This document shows positions 35,621 to 48,248 of a stretch of DNA of 64,000 nt, piece by piece. Below the pieces are notes generated by a model, which was not told where the DNA came from, searched no databases, and saw nothing but the letters and a program-made list of their open reading frames with translations. The DNA lies in NCBI RefSeq assembly GCF_000143415.4, contig NW_003314403.1, forward strand, positions 190,316-254,315, given 5' to 3'. The DNA comes from Selaginella moellendorffii (lineage: Eukaryota; Plantae; Lycopodiophyta). How positions within the stretch are numbered: the stretch's first letter is position 1; every line of letters starts with the position of its first letter. The translations under genes were made by a program, and so were the position numbers.

Positions 35621-36489
35621 TCATTCGTCTACACTCCCTCTTTCTTGTTTCATCCTTCGCGCAAGCTCGGCCTTGTGCTGGAATTCCTCCTCGCTGAGCT
35701 TCCTGAATGGCAACCACGACGGCCATGACCTCTCCTTGTTTGCCTCCTCCACCATCTCTTTCCTCGTCTCGCGAAACTCCTCCGGGAACGCATCATCTGG
35801 AAGAGTATCCACGAACTTCTTCAGCCTGTACTCGTCCCACTGATTCGCAGCAAACTGGCAGCCGGTTCCAACCGCAGCAAATAAAAGCCCCATTGAAAAT
35901 GGACTCGCAGCAATGCCTGTTGAGTGTCCGATCGATCTTGGAGGATGGAAAAAGAAAGTTACGAACCTTGCAGTCGGGCAAGAACAATCCCGCTGATCAT
36001 TCCCCCTCCAATCGTGTTTGTATACGAGCCGGGCTCCGTCCGAAGCATCGCTCGAGTCACCTCTGTCATGCCTATGGAACCAAACAATCAAAGCGCGTGT
36101 AAGTTCTTTCGTCCACCGGAAGAACTAATAGAGTGTGCCCCATAACAACATAAACTAGCGAATCTCTATAAAGAAAAAAATGATGCTTACCAGAGAGGAA
36201 AGATCCAGCAATCGCGAAATTAATCGTCACTGGCAGCGCGAACGCTCTCACCGGATGCCCTTTGGCCGCGCCTCCGATCAAACCGATGGTCGCCCCAATC
36301 CCGGCTGCACGGGATCATACATTGTCGAGCTTAGAATCGTAGCCAGATCGAAGAACACGAAGATAAAACCTCACTTGCTGCTGATGATCCCACAAGCACT
36401 CGCTTGGCCCATCCCTGGCCGCCCGTCTTGTGCTTGAACGCAGCCCTGCGCTTCTCCTCGCCATCGCCACTGTTAATCTTCTCTTCCAT
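35621..36489 (-). CDS. Tim17/Tim22/Tim23-family membrane protein, multi-exon
   Basis: Gly-rich transmembrane helices: AGIGATIGLIGGAAKG, NFAIAGSFLS|GMTEVTRAMLR...NTIGGGMISG, FAAVGTGCQF. Short GT-AG introns. Confidence 0.7.
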
Positions 36490-38794
36490 GCCTCTTAGGG
36501 CTAAGGGCTTTAAAGTGTTCTACTTCATTTTTATTGACCCAAGTTGACCTCTAGGGTTTTGTATGGTTACGGAAAGAGGATGAAGACGTAGGCGAAGATC
36601 CTTTCTTGGTGCCAGTTTGCAGTCAATCCACTTCTGGACGTGGTAATGGTTCCATCATAATCCTATTCCAAAAGATAAAGTCTTCGATGGTGATGTAGAG
36701 GTTCGTGGTTAGAAGGACTGCATTGCCACGATACTGCATTGATCAGCCCAAGACTACGTTCGGGGTGCAGCCACTTCATTCCACTTACCTCTTTGCCTTG
36801 GGGCTCTTCACACAACACTTTAGCTGGTCAGTTCCTGCTTTTGATGTCGATGCAGTGCTTGAAAAGCCAAATTGGACGCTCCAGAGCGAGAGGAGGACGC
36901 TGACAAAAGCTACGATTTCAAGGTTCTCGTCTATAGCAAACGCCTGAATGACTACGTTGCTACCCTTTATGTGGAGTGCAACCTGGTAAGTTACTTAGTT
37001 TTGTTCATTGGTGACTCTTTCAATAATTCGGTTGGTTTGTTTCCTTTTCCAGGCCAATCTTACAGTAGACAAACTGTCTACAATCTTACATTGGTTAATT
37101 TTCATTTCTTTTAATCCCAGCGCAGTTTTGATATGCCATCTGAGCAAGACTTATCTCGTTTAGTCCAAACACTCCTCCGGATTATTGCGGGGAACAAAAT
37201 TCTTTCATGGACTGTTGACGATTTACAAAAAATTGTAAGGCACAGATGAGGGAGACGGATGAGCAGTATCCGGACTGGATATAGCAAATGTGTATGCATG
37301 CATATTTGAGTTACTTTAATTCTTTCTTCTAGATTTTGCAGTTGATTGGAAGGCCAATTAAAAAGGAACTCCCCACCAAGTGACAGTTGACATGCTACCG
37401 GGATTTAAATTTTAAATTTTAGAAAAAGGCTTGTTGATCATCGCTACGTATAAGCTGGACTGCACGAGTGAGTGATAAAAAGTTACTATGAGGCTTAACG
37501 ATCTCCAGAGGCAAAATTCGAAAGTTTATTAGACATAGGTCACTTATGATCATCACCATGTGGGTGCCATTTTGAAATCATCTGAAAAAGCTAGACTTCT
37601 GGCGGAGTAAATTCTTCCCTCTCATCATATCAATCACAGAAAAATCTTGAATTTGCAGTCCCGAATATTTACCACCAGTACCAAACCTACAAAAGTTATA
37701 AGCACACACAGCGAGCAAATCTAATAAGTACGCAAACAAACTAACTAACAAGCATTTTGCAACCTGCACTCATATGGGTTTGGCTGTGATTGATTTGAAA
37801 ATAGAAACTAATTCATCCATGTCTTCTTACATCTTTGATACTTATGCATTTTCTATTAAAGAGTCCTTTATAAGGGCAGCTTGAGAGGTGGGAATCAAAA
37901 CATTCCCAACAGGGTTTGCTCTCAAAAGGAACCTGATTAATGCTGGTTGGGATGGTTGGGAAACAATCCAAATTCTTCATTCAGTGGACTCTTTCAAACT
38001 TCTAATTACCACATTTACATTAAAAGTAGTTAATAAGCCAGGAAATATCAAATACAAGTAATTCAAATGGACTCTCACTAGGGAAATTATCAAACCTCAA
38101 CCCTTAGGGTCAACTCTTTTTGTATTCTTGGAGTAGATGCCACCCTTAGGGCTTACAGTTTCTATTTATAACCATGCAACCTATTGATTTACTTTTTACA
38201 CGCAATGGTCTATACCTAGGTATCTAATGGCTATCATGGACTCATCCGATGGGTATGCATATGAGAATTGCTCTAAAGCCATTCGTTTTTAAATCGAGAA
38301 TAGCTCCTAGATCAAGCATAGCATGGTCAATATGATTGATTGATTGGGGACAGCTTGTGAATGCAAGTAATATAACTTTCAATGGATGCTCCAGAAAAAT
38401 ATGACCAAGCCATTCGATCTTTATATTATGATCTCATGGAAGATCTAGTGAATAACAACATTCTAAGAGAACTCTAGGTCCCTATCTATCAATTGATGCT
38501 GCAGTACTTAGACAAATAAATAAGCACTTTAGAGTTGCTCCTCCAAGCACCTTTGACCACATCTTCACTCTTTGTAAGCAGTTGAGCAAGTGATTAGTAG
38601 TTTATCAATAGAAGTGGATTGGGAAGCTAGTTATACATTAGTCCAACATTAGGATCGCTTCGTTAAGTGTTTGTTTAATTTCTCAAAATGGTGAAAGTGT
38701 AACTTCTTGAATTTGAACTTCTTAAGAAGTTATTTAGCCAATACTATTTAAACGTAAAAATGCTTAAATCCAAGTATTCTAGACCTTAAACCAT

Positions 38795-40299
38795 TGTGAG
38801 ACACAAATCCCTAAACCTCAAAATGGAGCCAAAAGGGTGCCATGTGGTAGTGGCCAAAGAAGAATCCAAACGAGCATAATACGTTTGGGTTAAAAGCTCT
38901 GACTTGAAAAGTTGAATGCATGAGTGGAACTCCCAATGAAGGGCTCGAGGAATGAGAATGAAGCAAGTAATAAGTGAGTCTCTAGAAAAGGGATACAAGA
39001 GGACCAACATATCATGCGTGGAAGAGTCCGATATGGACCCAAGATGAAGTTTAAGATGGACCCGAGATAGAGTCCAAGATGGACCCGAGATGGAGTTTGA
39101 GATAGAGTCTAAGATGGACCCAAGATGGAGTCCAAGATGGACCCGAGATGGAATTTGAGATGGAGTTTGAGATGGATTTGAGATGGAGACTGAGATTAAA
39201 GCTAAGATCGAGACCAAGACCAAGATTGAGTCCAAGTACAAGATTGAGTCCGAATCTGAGTTCAAAATCGAATCCAAAACCAAATCCAAATATTAATACA
39301 AATTATGGGTGAAAGCCCAAAGTGATCGTTCCCCAAGGGGGGGGGCTGCAAGGGGTTTCAAAAGTATAGTAGGGAGAGTGTAGGGGCTAGACTCTAGTGG
39401 AACCAGTTTGGCTAGAAAAGCTCAAGAAAGCTATACTTATGTGTTGGGTGATGATATAACCACTGAGTCTAAGGTTAGAGTGAATACAGATAGAAAAACA
39501 AGGCAACTTAGTGAAGTGTCCAAGAGCTAACTCTTGCTTCTTTGGGGGATTAGATAGTCAATACCCCTAATCCAAGTGTGGGTGGCATTACCTACTTGGA
39601 TACCTAATGTGGCTCATCGGAACCTTGTTCTAGCCACATGGCTAGAGCACCCAAAGGTGGAAAGTGGGGAGAATACCCACAAGACTCACATAGGGCTATG
39701 GTGTTTTGAAATGTTATCTAAAAGTTCTAGATTGTGGAAAGAAAGAGGAGCAATCCTCTTATGTGATGACCAAGGATGTGGTTATGTGGCAAAGAAGTCC
39801 TACAGGTTAGTAGGATGTAGTGGTTGGGCATTTGAGCCTTGACTCAATGGCAGTGTTGGCAAACATGGTTGTGGATGGAAAGAGACTTGGTAAGGACCAA
39901 AAAAGATATAGTGGGGAAGGTTGTTCCCCATATTTGCAAGCATCCTAAGGATGTTAAGGGGTGGATCTAGGATGATCACTCATGGACAAATGGTTTAATC
40001 TTTGAGAAATAGAACTGTGATGTAGATGGTGTTGGATCACCAATACGACAAAGATGAATGGGCATAGCCTTAGCGTAATAGGCTGATATGTTGATGGTAC
40101 TTTTGGGTGTTAGTAATAGGATTGGACACATGAAACACTTGGACCAAGTGCAAAGATGGAGTGGCATAAATGCCATTTTTGGGACTAGTAAGTCCCCAAG
40201 TTTAGAATGGGATTTATAGAGGTTGTGAGTGAGACTTTTTCAAGTGGTCGGAAGTGTGGTTAAGTAACTAAAGTAGAATGAAAAATTTAGTCGCTTCCA
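38795..40299. mobile_element. Solo LTR, family B, with an internal 11-12 bp minisatellite
   Basis: TG...CA-bounded ~1.5 kb unit; reverse complement of 41931-43485; gatggacccga/gatggagtcca repeats at ~39030-39290. Confidence 0.7.
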
Positions 40300-40426
40300 A
40301 CTTAGTATTTGAGTTATTCCTTACTCTGACTTTTATTGGCAATCAAGTATATTACCATTTGATAGTGATATTGGAAGGTCCCAGGAGTGGGGCTATACTT
40401 GAAGAGTAGCAGATTGGGAGGATATG

Positions 40427-40990
40427 TGTAGCGCATGTGGTTTTTACTTATAAGCCATAAAATTATCCAAAGCACCTATGTTAATAAAGATCTTAACAAA
40501 GTTACTTTTGAGCTTCCCTCGGAGGGCTAGTAAATGTCACAAACAACTCTCTACCAAAGTTGTTCGTGTAATCCTTTATTCTATGGTGATTTACCATAGG
40601 ATAACCATGGAAGTGGAATTTAAACCCTTTATGTGCCACGTGTCATATGCCATATGTCACATGCCACATGTCCAAAGGACAATGATGTGGAACCTGAGTT
40701 TCAAGGCCTTGGGCTATTGAATGAAGAAATGGTGCCAAACTCCCAAGCATGGAGCCAAGGAGTGATGGCACTAGCATAGAATGACTCCTAAGCATACAGT
40801 GCAAAGAGTGAAGGGGCAGGAGCACGGAGCGACTTAGAACAATCCTAGAGTATCCAACATCCCAATGCCAGGACTAACACACAAAACAGAGGCAAATGGA
40901 GTCTGGTGCTATTTCAGCATATTGGTGGTTTGACGACATGGATATGGGTACTCCACCAGTTAGTATGGTGTGGAGTTAGGTTAGCCCCAA
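40427..40990 (-). mobile_element. Partial LTR related to family A
   Basis: Begins tgtagcgcatgtggtttt and continues ctatggtgatttaccataggataacc, as at 44111. Confidence 0.75.
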
Positions 40991-41930
40991 GCGGGCCCCG
41001 GAAGAAAGAAAACCCCTGGGCTTTGCTTCAAGTTGGTCAACCATGGGCCCCCCCCCCCCCCCCCCCCTCGCAAAAGTAGCCATGAGGCTAGACCTTATGT
41101 GTCAGTCAGATTGGCAAAGTCCAAAAAGATGAATAACTTGAGTGTAGTCAAAGAATGGTCCTAAACGACTGGTGAAACCATTTAGACTAAGGTATGTAGT
41201 ACCCTACGAGGAATGGAGAGGATCATGAGATCCATGTATGAGAATAGGGTATTTTATTGATGGCAAAATATACCATATTAAAGTTGTGGGAAAGGTGTTC
41301 CAAGAAGAAGTTTGAAAGTAATGAAAGTTTAAATCTAAGCAACTTTGGCACAAATTTGTGTGTGAAGACTATAGTGAAGTGCTAATTGATAGTTAGCATG
41401 AAAAAATGACTACTTTGGTCTTAGCAAAGGCTTAAACACAAGGGTAGGCTTGTCAGAAAGGCTAATGTGACCCATGTGTTAGGTGATGATATAACCACTG
41501 AGAGTCTAAGGCTAAAGTGAATACAAATAGATAAGTAGGGTAGCTTGGTGAAGTGTTCAAAAGTTGGCTCTAGCTTCTTTGAGAGATGGGATAATTAATG
41601 CTCCCAATCCAAATGTGGGTGGCACTATCTCACTCACAACCTCTATAAGTTCTATTCCGAACTTGAGGACTTACTAGCTCTAAGAATGACATCTATGCCA
41701 CTCAACCTTTGCACTTGGTTCAAGTGCTTCATGTGTCCGATCCTATGACTAACACCCAAAGGCACCATTAACATATCAACCTGTTACCCTAAAGCCATGC
41801 TCATTCAACTTTGTCACACTAGTGGTTCAACACCATTTGCATCACAACCTCGTCTCCCAAAGATTGGGCCATCCGTCCATGAGTGATCATCCCTAATCCA
41901 CTCCTTAACATCCTTAGGATGCTTGTAAAT

Positions 41931-43485
41931 TGTAAGTGACTAAATTTTCTATTCTACTTTAATCATTTAACCACACCTCCAACCACTTGAAGGAGTCTCA
42001 TTTGCAACTTCTATAAATTCTATTTTGGACTTAGGGACTTGCTAGCCCCAAAAATGGCATCTGTACCACTCAACCATTGCATTTGTTCCAAGTACTCCAT
42101 ATGTCCGATCTCATGACTGACATTCAAAGGTACTACCGACATATCGGCCCATTACACTAAAGCCATGCCTATTCACCTTTGTCACATCGGTGATCCAATA
42201 TCACCTATATCATAGTCCTATCTCTCAAAGATTGGGCTATCCATCCATAAGTGATCATCCCAAATCCACTCCTTAGCATCTTTAGGATACTTGCAGACAT
42301 AGAGAACAACCTTCCCCAATATCCCTTTTTTGGTCCTCACCAAATCTTTTTCCATCCATGGTTGTGTTCGCTAACATTGTCATTAGGTCAAGGCCCACAG
42401 GCCTGACCACTAAGTCCCATTATCCTTTGGGACTTCCTCACCATGTGACCGTATCCTTGGTCACTACACCAGAGGACTACTCTTCTTCCTTTTCACAGTT
42501 TGGGATTTTGGGATAACATTTTAGAACGCTGTGGCTCTACATGAGTCTCATGGGTACTCTCCCTACCTTTTGCCTTTGGGTGCTCTAGCCATAGGGCTAA
42601 AGTGAGGTTCTATTGAGCCATGTTAGATACCCAAGTAGGTAGTGCCACTTATGTTTGGACTGGGAGCATCGACCATTCGATCTCCTGAGGGAGCTAGAGC
42701 CAGCTTTTGAATACATCACCAAGCTACCCCATTTGTTTGTCTGTATTCACTTTAGCTTTGGACTCTTTAGTGGATATATCATCACCCATGAGTATAGCCT
42801 TCTTGGGTCACAACTGCCTTTTGTAGCCAAATTCGCTCCTCTAGGGTCCAACCCCCACACTCTCCCTACTATACTTTTGGAACCCCTTGCATCCCCCCGC
42901 CCCTTTCCCCCCCGGGAGACGATCGCTTTGAGCTTTCTCCCAACAACCTATATTAGTATTAAGACTCAGACTCGGTCTTGGTCTTGGACTTGGACTTGGT
43001 CTCATTCTCGGTCTTGATCTCAGTTCCATCTCAGACTCCATTTTAGACTTTATCTTAGGTCCATTTTAGACTCTATCTCGGACTCCATCTCGGGTCCATC
43101 TCAAACTCCATCTTAGATCCATCTTGGGTCCATTTCGAACTCCATCTCGGATCCATCTTGGGTCCATTTTGGACTCTATCTTGGGTCCATCTCAGACTCC
43201 ATCTTGAACTCCATCTCGGGTTCATCTCATATTCCATCTTGAGTCCATCTCGACACTTTCATGTGTCATGTGTTGGTCCTCTAATATCCCTTTTTTAAAG
43301 ACTCACTTATTGCTCACTTCGAACTCATTCTTTGAGCCCTTTGTTAGGAGTTCTACTCCTGCTCTTGACTTTTCAAGTTAGAGCTTTTAATTTAAATGTG
43401 TTACACTTGTTTGGCTTTCGCTTTGGCCACTACCACGTTGCACCCTTTCGGGTCCACTCTGGGGTTTAGGGATTTGTGTCTCACA
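41931..43485. mobile_element. Solo LTR, family B, inverted relative to 38795-40299
   Basis: tgtaagtgactaaatttt...gggatttgtgtctcaca, with the minisatellite at ~42965-43250. Partial family-B pieces precede it at 41460-41930. Confidence 0.7.
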
Positions 43486-46400
43486 ACTCCACCACCCATA
43501 GACAAAGTTCAATGTCCTCATTGAACAATAAATCATTTTGTAAAGTAACCCTATAATGGATTACCATTTTTTATATTTCGCACCCAATTAATATTTGTCA
43601 ATAGTTTAACACTAAAGGTTCACTATGCCTTGTCCATCCTCTAAGAAGAATAATCTCTCTAACTTAGAGACTTATTAGAACACTTATGGTGGTCCTTCCT
43701 TTTTTGCTCGTTTAGTTTATGCTAAATTTGTTAGAGATACCTCTATTTTAATTTGACTAGCCTCAGCCTCTACTAGCATAACTATTGCATTTTGGAACTT
43801 TCAATTTTGATATCTTAAGATCAATTTCCTAAGTGTCCCTAATACCTTGTATTGCACGTATTGTGCAAATTTCACTTCCCCATCCTAGGAAGTTCCTTAC
43901 TTGAGGGCACCATTATCCTTTTTCCTATTTTGTACTACTCTAAACACTAAATTCCATTTTTCTATAATTTGTGCTAGGCTTGTCTATGGCTCTATTATTT
44001 GACTACTTTGCAGTTCCCTCCCTTGGAGCTTTCATATTTGCCAAATTGGAGCATTTGGGAATCCATCCTTGAAAATATATTTTCTTTTCCATAATCTATT
44101 AGCATTTAGCTGTAGCGCATGTGGTTTTGACCTTTTATCCTATGGTGATTTACCATAGGATAACCACAAAGCGGAACCTAAACCCTCTTTGTGCCACATA
44201 ATAGATGCTATGTTTCACATGCCACATGTCCAAAGGACAGTGGTGTGGAACCCGAGTTTCAAGGCCTTGGGCCATTGAATTAAGGAACGGTGCTAAACTC
44301 CCAAGCATGGAGCCAGGGAGTGACAAAACTAAACCACGGAGCAACTCTCAAGTATATAGCCCAAGAAGTGAAGTGACAGAGGCACAGAGCGACTTGGAAC
44401 AATCCTAGAGCAACCAGCACCCAATGCTAGGACAAACACGCAAAACAGAGCCAAATAGAGTCTAGCATTATTTTAGCATACCGGTGGCCTAACGTGAGGA
44501 TATGGGTACTCCACCAGCTAGCATGGAGTGGAACTTGGGCTTAGACCCAAGCTAGATGTAGAACAAAGACAGACACACAAGCGGGAGCTAAACTATACCT
44601 CAGGTTGGTCGGCTATGCCCAACCTACCCACTATCCCTACTATACATTTGGAACCCTTCATATCCCCCCCCCCCTCCCTGAGGAACACACGCTTTGGGCT
44701 TTCACCCCAAGCCTCCCTTAGTATCAGGAGTTAGTATTTGGGACAAGCTTGAAACTTACTAAATATAGAATGGCACTATTTATGGAAAGTGTCTAGATTT
44801 GCTCATTTAGCATATCTACGGAATGTAGAGATTGGTCTGAACACATTGGTGTTCGTCCCGTGTCCAAATTCACATTCTAGCATTTGAGACCAGAATGAGA
44901 CTAACTCAAAGGGCATGATAGCAAAGGCGTTTGGTAGACACGGTAAGCTATCATTTAGTGATATTGAGGGACCAAGCTCAATATCCCGGTGGTTCCCAAC
45001 ACTAGCAAGTGCAAGTCAACGAATGAGTTTCTCTAACCAAGTCAAGTATGTTTGACTAAATAGACACTTAGGAATTCCTTCCTTATGCTCATTTGGTCAA
45101 GTGCACACGCGAAGACCAATTTCTCAACTATCTTAGGCGGAGACTGATAACAAGTCCAACAATACCGACTTCTTACCATTGTGGCAGTAAGAAAAGAGTG
45201 TCCGTAAGGACTGGCCGATAGATAACTTTTGATACCTGAAGCCACATTTGCGACACTCTCCCACCCTAGGGAAGATTGACGTCCTTATCGATGCATACTC
45301 GAGTCTAGACCACCGCCAAGGAAACAACTCTAGAAAAAGTTCATGGTGATCACACTATATGAGAAATACACCAACTTAAATGAGTTAGGAAGTAACTTCT
45401 TTGTCTAATGCGGATGCGCTACCAACTTAAACACCTTTCGGCCGTCGCTGACAAGGAAATGACGAACAAAGTTAGCCACCCTTGCTACTCTAGGTGTCAC
45501 CTAACTTACAAAAGTGTGATACGCCCCTGCCTGTAGGGACATAAAGAGAAAAGCCAGAGGTCCCAACCCTCATGAGCAAAGAAACCAAACCCGTCAGTAA
45601 GGTTTAAATAGACTACTGTAAACAGGCAATTAGAGTTGTTTACACAGTCATGCCCTTTTGAATGAAATAAGGAACAGCGACAGAGAGGCAGATGATGTGA
45701 CCAGTCGATAGTAGCTACCCCATGACTAGAGATTTCACCATGCATACGAAGTGCCGAAGCCAATCTGCCTATACTGGCCCAAACTCAAAGATCAATATAT
45801 GGACAATATCAAAGTCATAGACAATGATATCTTAGAGTGTTAATTATCAGTGAATATATCTTAGATTAGAACACAAAAGTATTCCAAGTAAGTTATCATC
45901 TGATAAACTAATATGATAGTATAGGAACCACCAAGATCACTATAGTTGGAAAACATAGGATTCATTATCCAACAAAATTCGATAGCCAAACTATCATCAA
46001 GAAAACTCAATGATAAAACTTAATTATCAAAGATTGCAAACAGTATGCCAAATAATTTACCAAAGATAACTCAAAGAATACAAAGTATCATTGACTGACA
46101 AGTATAATACTTGCGAATGTATCACCCAGAGAAAATAACATCCAATCTATCAAAACTAACTATAGCAATAATCAACAGAACAGAATGAATGTGGTAAAAC
46201 CAACAAACACTCCGTCATACCAATTATTGCAATAGCCAATCTGAATAGATCCTAGCCAATAATACTAAGGAACTAAAGTTGCTCAAGCAAATGTTTGCAA
46301 CATTGTATAATGTCTCAAACCCAAGAGACCAATCCAAAGCAAACCACAAAGAACATGTGGTATTGCAAAAAGTTATAAGCTATCAAAGAGAACAACTAAT

Positions 46401-47746
46401 CATCATGAAAGATCATCAATTATCCCATTAATGAACAGATGCATAATCATTATCAAAGAAGGAATCCACTATTTTGAAGAATGGCAAATCATTCTATATC
46501 AACAATAATCAACAAAAATCTTCCACAAGGATAATCAACTATCCTAAATGATAGTCAATCATTACCAATGATTGTTAGATGGAAAAGCCAACTTCAACAT
46601 TGAAGCTAATAAGCCAAAATGCCTTCCCCAACAACTTCTAACAAATGGAATAATGAGCATGAAAACTCAAGGAACCCAAAGCTCGAAAAAGCCTATAGCC
46701 AAGTCATGCCTAAGAATGATCATGAGTCTCGCATGAATTAACTTCAATGCTAAAGAAGAAAATCATGGTACAACCCACAATATCCTCTTCAACACATCCA
46801 TAAGCTAAACTTTATAATGCTAAAGCTAATGAAGAGCATATTTGCATCAATCCAAAAGCTAAGCATAACAAAGCAATGCTCAATAAGTGATCTCTAAACG
46901 ATCCTCCATGAATCCATCTTATAGCAAGACGTAACTCACTTCATAACAAGCATAAAAAGAATCATCAATAATCGATATATTCCAACTCAAATTTAATAAG
47001 GATTCAAACATTTTAACATCGATCACTAACTCTTCCGCTTGTAGAGTTAACATAGTCCATGACTAAATCATTTTTCAAGGAAAAGCTCAAAGCTTAACCC
47101 CTACTAAACAATCTCGTCTAGAACACAACTAATTCAAACTTGCCACTCAGTTTGTTTGAACGTCAATACAGTTGCTAACTAGCAAATGCACGAATGCCAA
47201 CAACACAAAGCTATAGCCAAATTATCAACATTATCTTCATCAAGACTAATAAAACTCAATATCAATCCTACAAAGAGATATCTCATTTCACTCGAATCTC
47301 AACATCAATAATATCAACGACAAGGCATCACTTCAATGTCATTAACACCATAACAAAGCTAAAAAAAAACAAGAGTGAATCACCACTCAAAGCTCTTTAG
47401 CAATTAAGTTAACCAAAGTTAAAGATACTTTACTCAATATCTTAAATTAATCATTCAACAACACTCAGCTATAGATAACACTTCATCAAGGAGTGAATCA
47501 CCATATCCAAGACTTAATGAAATCCAAAAACTATGAACTAAACGCAACCAAATGATATCAACAGAGGTAAAGTTGACATGCCAACATAGAAAACCCATGT
47601 AAGTCTAATGACACAATCCTCTGCAACACCATTTGGCAAAGCAAGCCCACCTCTGCTAAATCATCATCAAGTGAAGCAAGTGTTAGCAGTCCTCGACAAA
47701 GTTTATAAACAATCACTAGTCGCAAAGCAACTAACAATCACCCCTC

Positions 47747-47909
47747 TGTAAGCTCCTGAGTTTGGACTTCCCAGGAGGTCACCAGCCCAGTATTATTCAA
47801 AAGCAAGGATTCTTAACCCTAAATATCCTAAGACCTTTACTCTTATTCATGGGCCCTTTTCATTTATATTACACCCTCAATTTAATTTTTAATTTAATTT
47901 TTGCTTACA
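47747..47909 (-). mobile_element. 5S-rRNA-containing solo LTR (Cassandra-like), copy 1, TSD CCCTC
   Basis: TGTAAGC...GCTTACA termini; 5S-like block 47764-47817; CCCTC on both sides. Confidence 0.8.
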
Positions 47910-48054
47910 CCCTCAATTTGCCTTCACAAGACCCAAACACTACACTCATGTCATCGAGTTATATACTTGTCCAACATGAACGTAATACCTCATGTACGAG
48001 ATATAGGTTCATTGACAAGTACGAACTAAATCTAACTTTACCGAAATAAGCTCA

Positions 48055-48248
48055 TGTAAGCTCCTGAGTTTGGACTTCCCAGGAGGTCACCCAGCCCAGT
48101 ACTATTCAAACCCAAGGATGCTTAACCCCAAATATCCTAAGACCCTTAATCGATTGGAAAAGGGGGTGCACTCTTATTCATGGGCCCTTTCCCTCTATAT
48201 TTGAACCCCATGGACTGTCTCTCGAGTCATTCCCTTTGGTTGCTTACA
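48055..48248 (-). mobile_element. 5S-rRNA-containing solo LTR (Cassandra-like), copy 2, TSD GCTCA
   Basis: TGTAAGC...GCTTACA termini; 5S A-box/IE/C-box block 48072-48126; GCTCA on both sides. Confidence 0.85.

Noticed and set aside
38795-43485. DIRS-type element with inverted terminal repeats
   Set aside because: No tyrosine recombinase or RT, and each arm has its own TG...CA ends like an ordinary LTR.
48072-48126. A genuine 5S rRNA gene
   Set aside because: Only the internal-promoter half matches. The 5' half and terminal stem are missing, and the block sits inside a TG...CA unit with a TSD.
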